From a virus: a stretch of 64,000 nucleotides of DNA. Shown one piece after another: positions 8,208 to 17,534 of this stretch (position 1 is the first letter of the stretch; the number at the start of each line of letters is the position of its first letter). Both the position numbers and the translations under genes were made by a program. The stretch covers positions 1 to 64,000 of the IMG/VR virus record IMGVR_UViG_3300005739_000002; one strand, given 5' to 3'. The notes below the pieces were generated by a model that saw only the letters and a program-made list of their open reading frames with translations, had not been told where the DNA came from and did not search any database.

Positions 8208-8606
8208 ATGGCAATTGCCCCAACACCTAAGTTCCCTGAGCGTCCAGGTACAGTTTACGACCGTAAGATGTCACCTGCTACCCCAGGACAGCGTGGCCCA
8301 CTACGTTTTGAAGAAGGCGTTGCAACTGACACAGACATCCCAGCACAGTTTTCTAACGGTGCTATGCAGGGTTATGAGCCAGCTGCAGGTCGTCCAAACC
8401 GTAACAAGCCAGTTCACACAAAGACTGCAGAAGAGACAATGCGTGAGCGTGCTCACGTAGGTTCTGCTGCATGGGTATCTGCACCACAGAATCTTTCTGA
8501 TTTTTCATCTGGTGCGTTTGCTGACCATGGTGACAATCGTTTCGAGGAAGTAACTCGCAGCGGCGGTCCACAGAAGTCTGGCAACCCAGCAGTCGTCAAC
8601 GACTAG
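8208..8606 (+). CDS. hypothetical, probably highly expressed disordered virion protein
   Basis: Strong SD AAGGAG, own promoter and terminator, highly-expressed codon style. Confidence 0.65.
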   Translation: MAIAPTPKFPERPGTVYDRKMSPATPGQRGPLRFEEGVATDTDIPAQFSNGAMQGYEPAAGRPNRNKPVHTKTAEETMRERAHVGSAAWVSAPQNLSDFSSGAFADHGDNRFEEVTRSGGPQKSGNPAVVND

Positions 8607-8613
8607 TTAGGCT

Positions 8614-8666
8614 CCCACCCCCGTTTCGCATATTTGAACAGCAGCGGGGGTGGGCTTCCTATTTTT
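8614..8666 (+). terminator. hairpin/terminator
   Basis: CCCACCCCCG...CGGGGGTGGG followed by a T-rich tract. Confidence 0.65.
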
Positions 8667-8679
8667 CTAAGGAATATTT

Positions 8680-8970
8680 ATGGCACTGATTAGAGGAAAA
8701 GAAGCAAAGGAAACCGAAGACCGAGAACCCGCTAATCCTAAACTTTGGAATATGGTTACGGCCCAAGCGAACGCTAGGTTTTCTAAAAACTCCCCTGCTC
8801 GTGGACACTGGATTCATTCTAAATATAACGCCCTAGGCGGACAGTACGTCAACTCTAAGCGTGAGGTAGACCCTCGTCTACGAGACTATGTTGAAGAGGC
8901 TAAGCAGAAAAAAGAGTCTTTGCAGAAGAAAAAAGTGACGAAGCCAGTAATGAAAAAAGTGACAAAATAG
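8680..8970 (+). CDS. small basic protein
   Basis: PANPKLWN...A.A.F...SPA..HW...Y...GG.Y motif; Lys-rich C-terminus. Confidence 0.6.
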   Translation: MALIRGKEAKETEDREPANPKLWNMVTAQANARFSKNSPARGHWIHSKYNALGGQYVNSKREVDPRLRDYVEEAKQKKESLQKKKVTKPVMKKVTK

Positions 8971-9033
8971 TGAGAGCGGTTTCGTTAATTTAGATTTAAT
9001 GGTACCCTTTGGTTTTAATATAGAGAAGGTGAC

Positions 9034-10743
9034 ATGAGCGGTATTGATTTTTCGCCCCCGTCGTATAGGGCGGCGTCTAGCGACCTTACTATATCCATAT
9101 CCCCGTTAGGATTGGTGGAACTTGCAGATGAAGAATTCGAAGTTCATGGTCCGCGCCTTAATCGTTATTCTCTTAACTGGGCTATGTATCTTGGCCACCA
9201 TTACTCCTATAGGCGCCAAATTGGTGACAGCCAGCTGGTACTTAATTACTACCGCGCCTTCTCAGATTTCATTATTAACTTCACCTTTGGTAAAGGCGTA
9301 GATTACCGAAGCCCTCGTGAGACCGAGGCAATTATCCCAGACCTTCTAGAACGTGTGTGGGAAGTAGATAACAATAAAGCTACAGTCCTATGGGAAATGG
9401 GTCAGCAGGGCACCGTATCTGGTGACTGTTTTGTTAAAGTCGCATACGAAGAGCCGTGGGAAGACTCATCTGGAATGAAGCATCCAGGACGTGTTCGCAT
9501 CCTTCCACTTAACGCGTCATTCTGTTTTCCAGAGTTTCATCCGCATGACCGCGAGCGCCTTATCCGTTTTAAATTGAAGTATCGTTTCTGGGGCACATCT
9601 TTAGAAGGTACACGTCAGGTGTTTACCTATACTGAAATCCTCACTGATGACATCATTGAGGAGTATATCAATGACGAACTTATTGACTCGCGCCCTAACC
9701 CGCTTGGTGTTATTCCTGTTGTTCATATTCCAAATGTTCGTATCAGCGGTTCTCCTTGGGGTCTTTCTGATTGCTTTGACATCATCAATATTAACCGCAC
9801 TTACAATGAAACTGCTACTGATATTGCTGACATCGTTAACTACCATGCTGCGCCCGTCACAGTCATCATCGGTGCTAAGGCTTCTCAGCTTGAAAAAGGT
9901 GCTAATAAAGTCTGGGGTGGACTACCAAAAGACGCAAAGGTAGAAAACTTAGAAGGCGGTTCACAAGGTCTTAAAGGTGCTATGGAGTTTTTAGCAGTTC
10001 TAAAGAAATCCATGCACGAAATGGTGGGCGTACCAGAAACTGCTCTTGGTCAAGCAACTCCTATCTCTAATACATCAGGTGTGGCGCTATCTATCATGTT
10101 CCAACCTTTGATGAACCGATACCACCAAAAGATTATTCAGTACGCACGTGGTCTAGAGCGTATTAACGAACTTATTATCCGCAGCCTTGCAGTCAAGGAA
10201 CCAGAGATGCTTATCTGGGACCCGACCCGTAATGTTAAGTTAAAGTCTGGTCAGATAGACCGCTTAGACCCTAACGACCCGCTTACCTATCAGACATATG
10301 TACATTTCCCACAGCCTCTACCTCTAGATAAGCTAATTGCACTTAACGAAGTTCAGTCAATGCTATCCCTAGGTCTAGAGTCTAAAGAAGGGGCTTTGCG
10401 CTCTCTTGGTGAGTCCTTCCCAACAGATAAGCTAAATGAAATCCGTCAAGAACTTATGGACGACGCAGTTGCAGACGGGGCGCTTAAACTTTTACAGACC
10501 CAGATTGAGCAAGAGATTGCAGAACTTACAGGCACTCTGCCTAATCCAGAGACTGGTGGAAAGCCAGGACAACCTCTACAACCAGGGGCTACAGCAGGCG
10601 CCCCAGCAGTACTACCAGCAACAATGGACGAGGCACTAGCCGCCGCCGATATGGGCGAGGCTGACCTACGCAACAAGCTGGTCACAGAAGCTTATGGCAC
10701 GGTCCTCCCACAGAGGCGCGTACCAGAAGAATACGAAAAATAA
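9034..10743 (+). CDS. portal protein (SPP1 gp6-like)
   Basis: Position after terL; NPLGVIPVVHIPN, WGLSD, SNTSGVAL motifs of SPP1-type portals. Confidence 0.88.
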   Translation: MSGIDFSPPSYRAASSDLTISISPLGLVELADEEFEVHGPRLNRYSLNWAMYLGHHYSYRRQIGDSQLVLNYYRAFSDFIINFTFGKGVDYRSPRETEAIIPDLLERVWEVDNNKATVLWEMGQQGTVSGDCFVKVAYEEPWEDSSGMKHPGRVRILPLNASFCFPEFHPHDRERLIRFKLKYRFWGTSLEGTRQVFTYTEILTDDIIEEYINDELIDSRPNPLGVIPVVHIPNVRISGSPWGLSDCFDIININRTYNETATDIADIVNYHAAPVTVIIGAKASQLEKGANKVWGGLPKDAKVENLEGGSQGLKGAMEFLAVLKKSMHEMVGVPETALGQATPISNTSGVALSIMFQPLMNRYHQKIIQYARGLERINELIIRSLAVKEPEMLIWDPTRNVKLKSGQIDRLDPNDPLTYQTYVHFPQPLPLDKLIALNEVQSMLSLGLESKEGALRSLGESFPTDKLNEIRQELMDDAVADGALKLLQTQIEQEIAELTGTLPNPETGGKPGQPLQPGATAGAPAVLPATMDEALAAADMGEADLRNKLVTEAYGTVLPQRRVPEEYEK

Positions 10744-10752
10744 AGGTTTACC

Positions 10753-10781
10753 CTGACATTTTTTGTATTAAGAAAGACAAT
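10753..10781 (+). promoter_or_regulatory. putative late promoter CTGACA-N17-GACAAT upstream of scaffold-capsid operon
   Basis: Third copy of the bipartite motif. Confidence 0.7.
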
Positions 10782-10849
10782 ATAACCAACGTTTGGTCAT
10801 TCGTGCAATTAATTCGGACAACGACCCCTAGGATGTAAAGGAATCTTGT

Positions 10850-11629
10850 ATGGCAGAAACAGCATTAGGAAACGCTGAAGCCTTTGCGGCTGAAGCAGGG
10901 ACAGTTCCAGTCGTAGCTGAGTCGTCAAGCGCAGTTGTTGCTGACGCACCTACTACTAAGGCAACTTCCAAGTTTTATACGGAAGATGACCTGGCAAAAG
11001 TAAGAAGCCAGGAGAAGGAAAAACTCTACCCTCAGATTGATAAGCTGAAGGAAGAACTAGATAACATTAAGAAAGAGCGTGAAGCGGAACTCGCAGCACG
11101 TGCTGCTGAAGCAGAGGCTAAGGCTAAGCAACAGCAGGAAGCTCTTGAAAATGATATGGATGTTCGCTCTTTGCTTAAGGCTAAGGAACAAGAGTGGCAG
11201 GAGCAGTTGGAGCGTGAGCGCCAAGAGCGTGAACGTGCCTTTGCTCTTCTGGAACGCGAAAGAACTTTTGCTGACCTCCAGAACTACCGTCAACAACGAG
11301 TAGAACAAGAACGCGATAACATTATCCCAGAACTTGTAGACCTGATTAGCGGCAATACCCGCGAAGAAGTAGACGCAAGTGTTGAGAGTTTGAAAGAGCG
11401 TTCTAACAAGATTCTAGAGTCGGCGCAGTTTGCAATGCAAAATGCCCGCAAAGAAATGACGGGGACCAGGGTTACCACGCCCCCGCTCGAACCAATGGAT
11501 ATCAATACGGACTCACGCTCGTTAACGGCTGAAGATATTCAGTCAATGTCGATGAACGATTATGCAAAATACAGAGAGCGTATCTTGGGCGCAACAGCCC
11601 GTGGTAAAGCTCGCGGTTTGTTCGGGTAA
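10850..11629 (+). CDS. capsid scaffolding protein
   Basis: Coiled-coil, E/Q/R-rich; YTEDDL and MSMNDYAKYR C-terminal helix; directly upstream of capsid gene. Confidence 0.8.
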   Translation: MAETALGNAEAFAAEAGTVPVVAESSSAVVADAPTTKATSKFYTEDDLAKVRSQEKEKLYPQIDKLKEELDNIKKEREAELAARAAEAEAKAKQQQEALENDMDVRSLLKAKEQEWQEQLERERQERERAFALLERERTFADLQNYRQQRVEQERDNIIPELVDLISGNTREEVDASVESLKERSNKILESAQFAMQNARKEMTGTRVTTPPLEPMDINTDSRSLTAEDIQSMSMNDYAKYRERILGATARGKARGLFG

Positions 11630-11672
11630 ACCCACAATCCAAATCCAACCTACTAAGGAGTAACAAGCTACT

Positions 11673-12743
11673 ATGGCATCTGGTATTACGGGTACTGGCA
11701 ATCTAGCCGCAGCCCCAACAGCATACTCAGGTACTAACACCCAGCTTACTCAGGCGATTCAGGTTATCTGGTCCAAGGAAATCTTGTTCCAGGCAATGCC
11801 TATCCTTCGCTTTGAGCAGTTTGCAGTCAAGAAGACTGAACTTGGTGTTGCACCTGGTTTACAGATTAACTTCCTGCGTTACAACAACCTCGGCTTCGCT
11901 AATGCGCTCGTTGAAGGTGTTCGTATGCAGACCAACGCACTAACTGCACAGCAGTTCTCAATTACCGTTACAGAGCATGGATATGCTCTTGCGGTTTCCG
12001 AACTATTGCTTAATGCATCCTTCGATGACGTAATGGCATCAGCCTCACGTCTACTTGGTCGTAACATGGCTATCTATCTAGACCAGCTATCACGCGACAC
12101 CCTCTACGCAGCGACTTCAACCGTATACGGTGAAGACCGCTCTAACCTCTCAGCAGTAAATAACTGGTACGCATACGGAACCAACGGTACAAACCGTGCT
12201 TCCATGACAGGTGCTTTCTACCTAACACCACATACTGTTAAGGACATCGTAGAGACCCTAGCAACAAAGAACATCCCACGGTTAGGTGAGACCTATGTAG
12301 GTTTCATTCACCCACACCAGAGCCGTCAGCTTCGTGATAACCCAGAGTTTATCGAAGTAACTAAGTACGCTGCTCCTGGTAACTTCATGCTCGGTGAAGT
12401 CGGTCGTTTGTATGACTGCGTATTCATTGAGACCACTCAGGTTCGTAAGGTTGTTGGCGGTGCTGGTTCTGGCTATTCAGCAGATACAGCAGTTGCTAAC
12501 CCAACTGTTACACCTGGTGGAGGTTACATCACCCCAGCACAGTTCACAGGTAACGGTAACCGCGACCGCTATGACGCTATCTTCATTGGAGATAATGCAT
12601 TCGGTCACGCTATCTCACTACCAGTCGAACTTCGCGACGGTGGTATTCTCGACTTCGGTCGTGAGCACGCGCTTGCTTGGTACTCAATCTTCGGTCTTGG
12701 TCTAATCACTGACCAGTCTGTAGTTATTGCAGAAACCAACTAG
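11673..12743 (+). CDS. major capsid protein (N4 gp56-like family)
   Basis: 356 aa; YVGFIHPHQ...GEVGRLY...FIET, DFGREHALAWY motifs; strong SD and codon bias. Confidence 0.9.
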   Translation: MASGITGTGNLAAAPTAYSGTNTQLTQAIQVIWSKEILFQAMPILRFEQFAVKKTELGVAPGLQINFLRYNNLGFANALVEGVRMQTNALTAQQFSITVTEHGYALAVSELLLNASFDDVMASASRLLGRNMAIYLDQLSRDTLYAATSTVYGEDRSNLSAVNNWYAYGTNGTNRASMTGAFYLTPHTVKDIVETLATKNIPRLGETYVGFIHPHQSRQLRDNPEFIEVTKYAAPGNFMLGEVGRLYDCVFIETTQVRKVVGGAGSGYSADTAVANPTVTPGGGYITPAQFTGNGNRDRYDAIFIGDNAFGHAISLPVELRDGGILDFGREHALAWYSIFGLGLITDQSVVIAETN

Positions 12744-12748
12744 TACTG

Positions 12749-12776
12749 AGACCTGGGCACGTCTGTAAACTGCCCA
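12749..12776 (+). ncRNA. compact H-type pseudoknot or hairpin right after the capsid stop codon
   Basis: AGAC(12749-52)/GTCT(12761-64) and TGGGCA(12754-59)/TGCCCA(12771-76). Confidence 0.5.
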
Positions 12777-12806
12777 CTTTAACAGATACTAATTAGGAGA
12801 ATATAA

Positions 12807-13172
12807 ATGGCAAGACAAGTAAAGCCCCAGGATGTTACAGGCCGCGCCCGCGAGAAGCAGATTGCTGATAATCAGGAAGCTCTTCAAGCACGTGCAGCTG
12901 AGATGTCTATGGCGTCCGCTGAAGCCCAGATTAAACTTGATGAAGTTGTAGACGCTACTATTCCTAACAGAGCAACAGTAATTGCTGATGAGGTAACAGT
13001 AGTAGCAGCAAAAGAAGAAGAGTCAGTTGTCATTCGTGTTGTAGAAGACATCGAAAACATGACACTTGGCGCAGGAAACTTCTATAGCTTCAAAGCTGGA
13101 CAGAAGTACAAAGTGTCCAAACATGTAGCTCAACACCTACAGGAAAAGGGCTACCTCGCTGGAGTTATCTAG
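12807..13172 (+). CDS. hypothetical capsid-associated protein
   Basis: Strong SD, follows MCP. Confidence 0.65.
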   Translation: MARQVKPQDVTGRAREKQIADNQEALQARAAEMSMASAEAQIKLDEVVDATIPNRATVIADEVTVVAAKEEESVVIRVVEDIENMTLGAGNFYSFKAGQKYKVSKHVAQHLQEKGYLAGVI

Positions 13173-13189
13173 CATTTAATGGGCGAATC

Positions 13190-13218
13190 AGCGGGCACAC
13201 TAGTGTTGCCCGCTTTTT
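13190..13218 (+). terminator. intrinsic terminator
   Basis: AGCGGGCA...TGCCCGCT-TTTT. Confidence 0.8.
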
Positions 13219-13241
13219 CGTTACTACGTTAGGAGTAGTTA

Positions 13242-14303
13242 GTGGCCCTCTTATCGGACCTGATTTCTAGAACTCGCCTTGAGTTGGGGGACCAGCCTAA
13301 GGAATTTCAGTTCGTCACGACAAGTGACGGAGCTACTACCGCCTACTATTTAAATCAAAAACCTGTAGACCCTTTTACTCTTTTAGTTAGAGTATCCCAA
13401 ACATTTATCCCAGCCCCTACTGGCTATAAGCTAGAGGTTGATACTGGAATTATTAGATTTTTAAATCCTATTGCTGCAGGAGAAGTTCTGACGGTTAATG
13501 GCACTGCTTTTCGTTATTTTTCAGATACAGACATTACTCGTTTTATTAATACCGCGATTGAGCAGCATACCTACGAGAGAACAGATTCATACGGGAGTAG
13601 AGTAACTTTAGCAACTCTTCCAGCTGTAGAAGAGTATCCGATTGCTATCCTTGCGACTATTGAAGCGCTATGGGTATTAGCAACTGACGCTGCATTTGAT
13701 ATTAATATTACTGCTCCAGATGGAGTTGTTATTCCACGTAGCGAACGATATGCACAGCTCACGAGCATGATTGCACAGCGTCAAGAACAATACCGTCAAC
13801 TATGTGCCCAGTTAAATATAGGTTTATGGCGAATACAGGTAGGAAACCTACGCCGTGCGTCTAAGCGCACTAATAAGCTTGTTCCAATCTACATGCCACA
13901 AGAGTTTGATGATGGGCGTAAGCCAGAGCGTGTGTATATACAGAACGACATGATTGGTCGTCAGGTAATGCCTTCTACTATTCAAGTATACGACCTAGTT
14001 ATGAACCAGGGAGATAGCTATTCACAAGAGTTTATATTAGGCGCTTCTATAGCTAATCTAGTATTTACTTCAGAGATTAGAACCTATCCAAATTCACCCA
14101 CAAGATGGGCGGCTTTTACTGTTACAATACTAGACGTCCCTACTGGCCGTATCAGAATATCGCTCCCACAACAGCAAACACGTTATCTACCAGTTAGAGG
14201 ATTTTGGGATTTGCAAGCCACATCATCTGTGGATAACACATTCCAAAGAACCTTCCTAAGAGGACAGACTTTCGTGACCCAGCAAGTAACAACGGTGGAG
14301 TGA
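13242..14303 (+). CDS. head-tail adaptor with C-terminal BppU-like Ig domain
   Basis: [11 protein letters not shown]...[10 protein letters not shown] adaptor helices; C-terminal [10 protein letters not shown]...GRIRISL....T..L....FWDLQ...FLRG pattern. Confidence 0.65.
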   Translation: MALLSDLISRTRLELGDQPKEFQFVTTSDGATTAYYLNQKPVDPFTLLVRVSQTFIPAPTGYKLEVDTGIIRFLNPIAAGEVLTVNGTAFRYFSDTDITRFINTAIEQHTYERTDSYGSRVTLATLPAVEEYPIAILATIEALWVLATDAAFDINITAPDGVVIPRSERYAQLTSMIAQRQEQYRQLCAQLNIGLWRIQVGNLRRASKRTNKLVPIYMPQEFDDGRKPERVYIQNDMIGRQVMPSTIQVYDLVMNQGDSYSQEFILGASIANLVFTSEIRTYPNSPTRWAAFTVTILDVPTGRIRISLPQQQTRYLPVRGFWDLQATSSVDNTFQRTFLRGQTFVTQQVTTVE

Positions 14304-14304
14304 T

Positions 14305-17109
14305 ATGCCAGATATTATTATAGTTCCACCCGATAGCGGTAATTGGTACCCACAACCTACAGGTCCTACTGGACCACTTAATGGTCCAACTGGCCCAACT
14401 GGTCCAACTGGCCCCACAGGTCCTCAAGGAGATTACTCTCGTTATCTTGGAATCTTTGACACTCTTGCAGACCTACAAACAGCTCACCCAAGTCCAGTAC
14501 CAACTAACTGGGCATTCGTACGTGTAGCAGGTAGCGCAACCACATTAAGACTTTATCGTCGTAGTAATAACGCATGGGTATTTGACACTTTAACTTTACC
14601 TACAGGAGCTACGGGAGCTACTGGTCCTACAGGACGTACAGGAGCAACAGGCCCACAAGGAAATCAAGGAGCGGCAGGACCTGCTGGTCCTACTGGTGCT
14701 CAAGGTGTTTCAGGTATTGCTGGTGCAACTGGTCCTACAGGTGCTCCTGGTCAAGGTTTAAATATTCTTGGTGAATACCCAACGCTTGTCGCATTACAAA
14801 CAGCAAGACCAACTGGCAATCCTGGTGAGGCCTATCTCCTTGCTAACGGTAATTTAATAATTTGGAATACAGTAACATCTGAATGGACTAACGTTGGTAA
14901 CTTAGAAGGACCTACAGGTCCTGCTGGTGTTGCTGGTCCTGCAGGTGCAACTGGTCCTCGTGGTGTTCAAGGTTTTCAAGGTGCACAGGGACCACAAGGA
15001 GATACTGGTCCTACTGGACCAACGGGCCCTACTGGTTTAGCTGGACCCCAAGGTCCTACTGGACCGCAAGGTGCACAAGGCTTTTCTGGTCTTCAAGGAA
15101 ACACTGGTCCAATAGGTCCAACTGGTGCAACGGGTCCTACTGGTGCACGGGGTCAAGGTTTTGCTGGAATAAACTCTGTATCTGCAATAAGTTTAGGTCT
15201 TGGATTAAAAACATTTACTTTAAACATTTCTGACCACCCATTTATAGTTAACTCTATTATTAGAGCAGTAGCTAACGATAATGTATTTTTAGATGGACTT
15301 GTTAAAACTGTAAACGGCGCCCAAATAACTGTAGAAGTAGAAAACTTTACAGGTGCTGCAGCAGGCGCAATCTTTAATAACTGGCTATTTACCGTTACTG
15401 GTGAACCAGGCTTTACTGGTGATACTGGTCCAATAGGACCTACTGGACCAACTGGAGCTGCTTCTACAGTACCTGGACCTACTGGTCCTACGGGTGTATC
15501 TGGTGGTATTGACCTTACTATAACCAGAAGCGGTAGTACTTATGTAATTAATGGATTAACAAATCCTAATATTACAGTTATTCGCGGACTTCGTTACCGT
15601 CTTGATATAACAACTCCAGGTTACACATTTAGGTTACAAACAACCGCAGGTGCTTACAATGCGGGGTCTCAATATACCTCTGGTCTAAGCGCTAACCTTG
15701 TAACAGGCTTAGCAAATGGAACTGGTTTCTGGGATGTTCCATTCACTGGTCCTGCAACTTTATATTTTGTTTCAGAAGAAGATTCTGCACTTAACGGCTC
15801 ATTTACAGTAACTGCTGCTGGACCTATTGGACCAACTGGTCCAACTGGTGCAACAGGTGCCGCATCTACTGTAACAGGTCCAACTGGTGCAACAGGTGCA
15901 ACTGGTCCACAAGGTATTCAAGGTCCTACAGGTCCTCAAGGTAATCAAGGTATTGCGGGTGCTCCTGGTGTTCAAGGAGCTACAGGTCCTCAAGGACCGC
16001 AAGGTATTCAAGGTGCAGCTGGTACGCCTGGTGCTGCTGGTGCTGCTGGTGTTACTGGTCCTACAGGTGCGACTGGTGCGACTGGTCCAGAGGGCGCTGG
16101 AATATTTATTCTTGGTTCGTACAACTCACTAGCAGAACTTCAAGCTGCACAACCTGTTGGTGCAATTGGTGACGGATATCTTGTAAATGGTGTTCTATTT
16201 GTATGGGCTGGTTCTCAATGGGCTAGCGCTGGAGCAATTCAAGGTCCAACTGGAGCACAGGGTCCACAAGGTATTCAAGGTTTATTGGGACCAACAGGTC
16301 CACAAGGTGACACTGGTCCGCAAGGTATTCAAGGCGTTGTTGGTCCTGTTGGCCCAACGGGTGCAACTGGTCCTGTATCAACTGTTCCTGGCCCTACTGG
16401 TCCACAAGGTATTCAAGGTGTAACAGGTCCGCAAGGTCCGCTTGGACCAACAGGTCCTCAAGGCCGTGGCCTAAATATTTTAAATGCGTTTAGCACATTC
16501 CAAGAACTTATTGCTGCTGTTCCTTCTCCTGTAACTGGTGACCCATACCTTGTAGCTGGAAACCTATTTATTTGGGATGGCGACCAGTGGATTAACGCGG
16601 GCGCTGTTCAAGGACCTACTGGTGCAACTGGACCGCAGGGTCCATTAGGACCTACGGGTGCACAAGGAAATTCAATTACAGGACCTACGGGTGCGACTGG
16701 TGCTACTGGTCCACAACCATTTACTATTGTAGGAACTTGGCAATCAGGAATTTCGTACAGTCCTGGACAAGCAGTTTTTTATGACACTCCTACATTAAAA
16801 GGTACGTATCTTCGTAGAAACAACAACTCTACGCCAGGAATAACTCCTCCAGAAGATACCGCAAACTGGTTAATTATTGTTGCTGCAGCAATAGGTAATA
16901 CTGGTCCTACTGGAGCCACAGGCCCTACGGGTGCTCAAGGTATTCAGGGTATTCAGGGCTTACTTGGACCTACAGGTCCACAGGGTAATCAAGGTTTACT
17001 AGGTCCAACAGGCCCTACAGGCACTACACTACTTAACGTAGATGGTGGTAGCCCTGTAAGTAATTACGGTGCAGTTATCAACATTGACAGCGGAGGAGTG
17101 GTTCAGTAA
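14305..17109 (+). CDS. collagen-like fibre protein with repeated globular interruptions
   Basis: Extensive Gly-X-Y (GPT/GAT/GPQ) runs; four related ILG.Y..L..LQ.A.P...GD.YLV.G.L..W...W...G modules. Confidence 0.9.
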   Translation: MPDIIIVPPDSGNWYPQPTGPTGPLNGPTGPTGPTGPTGPQGDYSRYLGIFDTLADLQTAHPSPVPTNWAFVRVAGSATTLRLYRRSNNAWVFDTLTLPTGATGATGPTGRTGATGPQGNQGAAGPAGPTGAQGVSGIAGATGPTGAPGQGLNILGEYPTLVALQTARPTGNPGEAYLLANGNLIIWNTVTSEWTNVGNLEGPTGPAGVAGPAGATGPRGVQGFQGAQGPQGDTGPTGPTGPTGLAGPQGPTGPQGAQGFSGLQGNTGPIGPTGATGPTGARGQGFAGINSVSAISLGLGLKTFTLNISDHPFIVNSIIRAVANDNVFLDGLVKTVNGAQITVEVENFTGAAAGAIFNNWLFTVTGEPGFTGDTGPIGPTGPTGAASTVPGPTGPTGVSGGIDLTITRSGSTYVINGLTNPNITVIRGLRYRLDITTPGYTFRLQTTAGAYNAGSQYTSGLSANLVTGLANGTGFWDVPFTGPATLYFVSEEDSALNGSFTVTAAGPIGPTGPTGATGAASTVTGPTGATGATGPQGIQGPTGPQGNQGIAGAPGVQGATGPQGPQGIQGAAGTPGAAGAAGVTGPTGATGATGPEGAGIFILGSYNSLAELQAAQPVGAIGDGYLVNGVLFVWAGSQWASAGAIQGPTGAQGPQGIQGLLGPTGPQGDTGPQGIQGVVGPVGPTGATGPVSTVPGPTGPQGIQGVTGPQGPLGPTGPQGRGLNILNAFSTFQELIAAVPSPVTGDPYLVAGNLFIWDGDQWINAGAVQGPTGATGPQGPLGPTGAQGNSITGPTGATGATGPQPFTIVGTWQSGISYSPGQAVFYDTPTLKGTYLRRNNNSTPGITPPEDTANWLIIVAAAIGNTGPTGATGPTGAQGIQGIQGLLGPTGPQGNQGLLGPTGPTGTTLLNVDGGSPVSNYGAVINIDSGGVVQ

Positions 17110-17522
17110 TGCCAATTAAGATTCAATTACGCCGTGGCACGGCTAGCGAATGGTCAACTGCTAATCCAGTTCTCTCAGAAGGTGAACTAGGTCTTGAGTT
17201 AGACACTGGAAAGTTTAAGGTTGGCAACGGTACTGGTGCTTGGAATACGCTAGTATATGCATCTGGTATTCAAGGACCAACAGGGCCGCAAGGTGTCGCA
17301 GGTGCCGCTGGACCAGCAGGTGCTAACGGAGCAGCAGGTGCTCCAGGACCAACTGGTGAGCGCGGGCCGACAGGTATCCAAGGACCTGCTGGTGATGGTG
17401 GAGTAGGCCAACTACTTCTTAACGACGCACTACTTCAAACTGGTATTTATTTTCCAGTTGGAGCTGTTACTAGATTTACTAACGTGGTACAAACCGTGAT
17501 ACCACCGATTACGTTAATATAG
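17109..17522 (+). CDS. fibre protein with Mtd/hyaluronidase N-terminal domain and short collagen
   Basis: IQLRRGTASEW...NPVLSEGELGLELDTGKFKVGNG. Confidence 0.8.
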   Translation: MPIKIQLRRGTASEWSTANPVLSEGELGLELDTGKFKVGNGTGAWNTLVYASGIQGPTGPQGVAGAAGPAGANGAAGAPGPTGERGPTGIQGPAGDGGVGQLLLNDALLQTGIYFPVGAVTRFTNVVQTVIPPITLI

Positions 17523-17534
17523 GAAGGTAAGTGA

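Noticed and set aside
12741-12806. Stop-codon readthrough or frameshift fusing the capsid to the next gene via the pseudoknot
   Set aside because: TAG is followed by TAC TGA in frame, both shifted frames stop before 12807, and there is no slippery heptamer.
17109-17522. Mtd-like N-terminus suggesting a diversity-generating retroelement
   Set aside because: Only the generic attachment domain is present; no reverse transcriptase, TR/VR pair or C-type lectin tip seen in the window.
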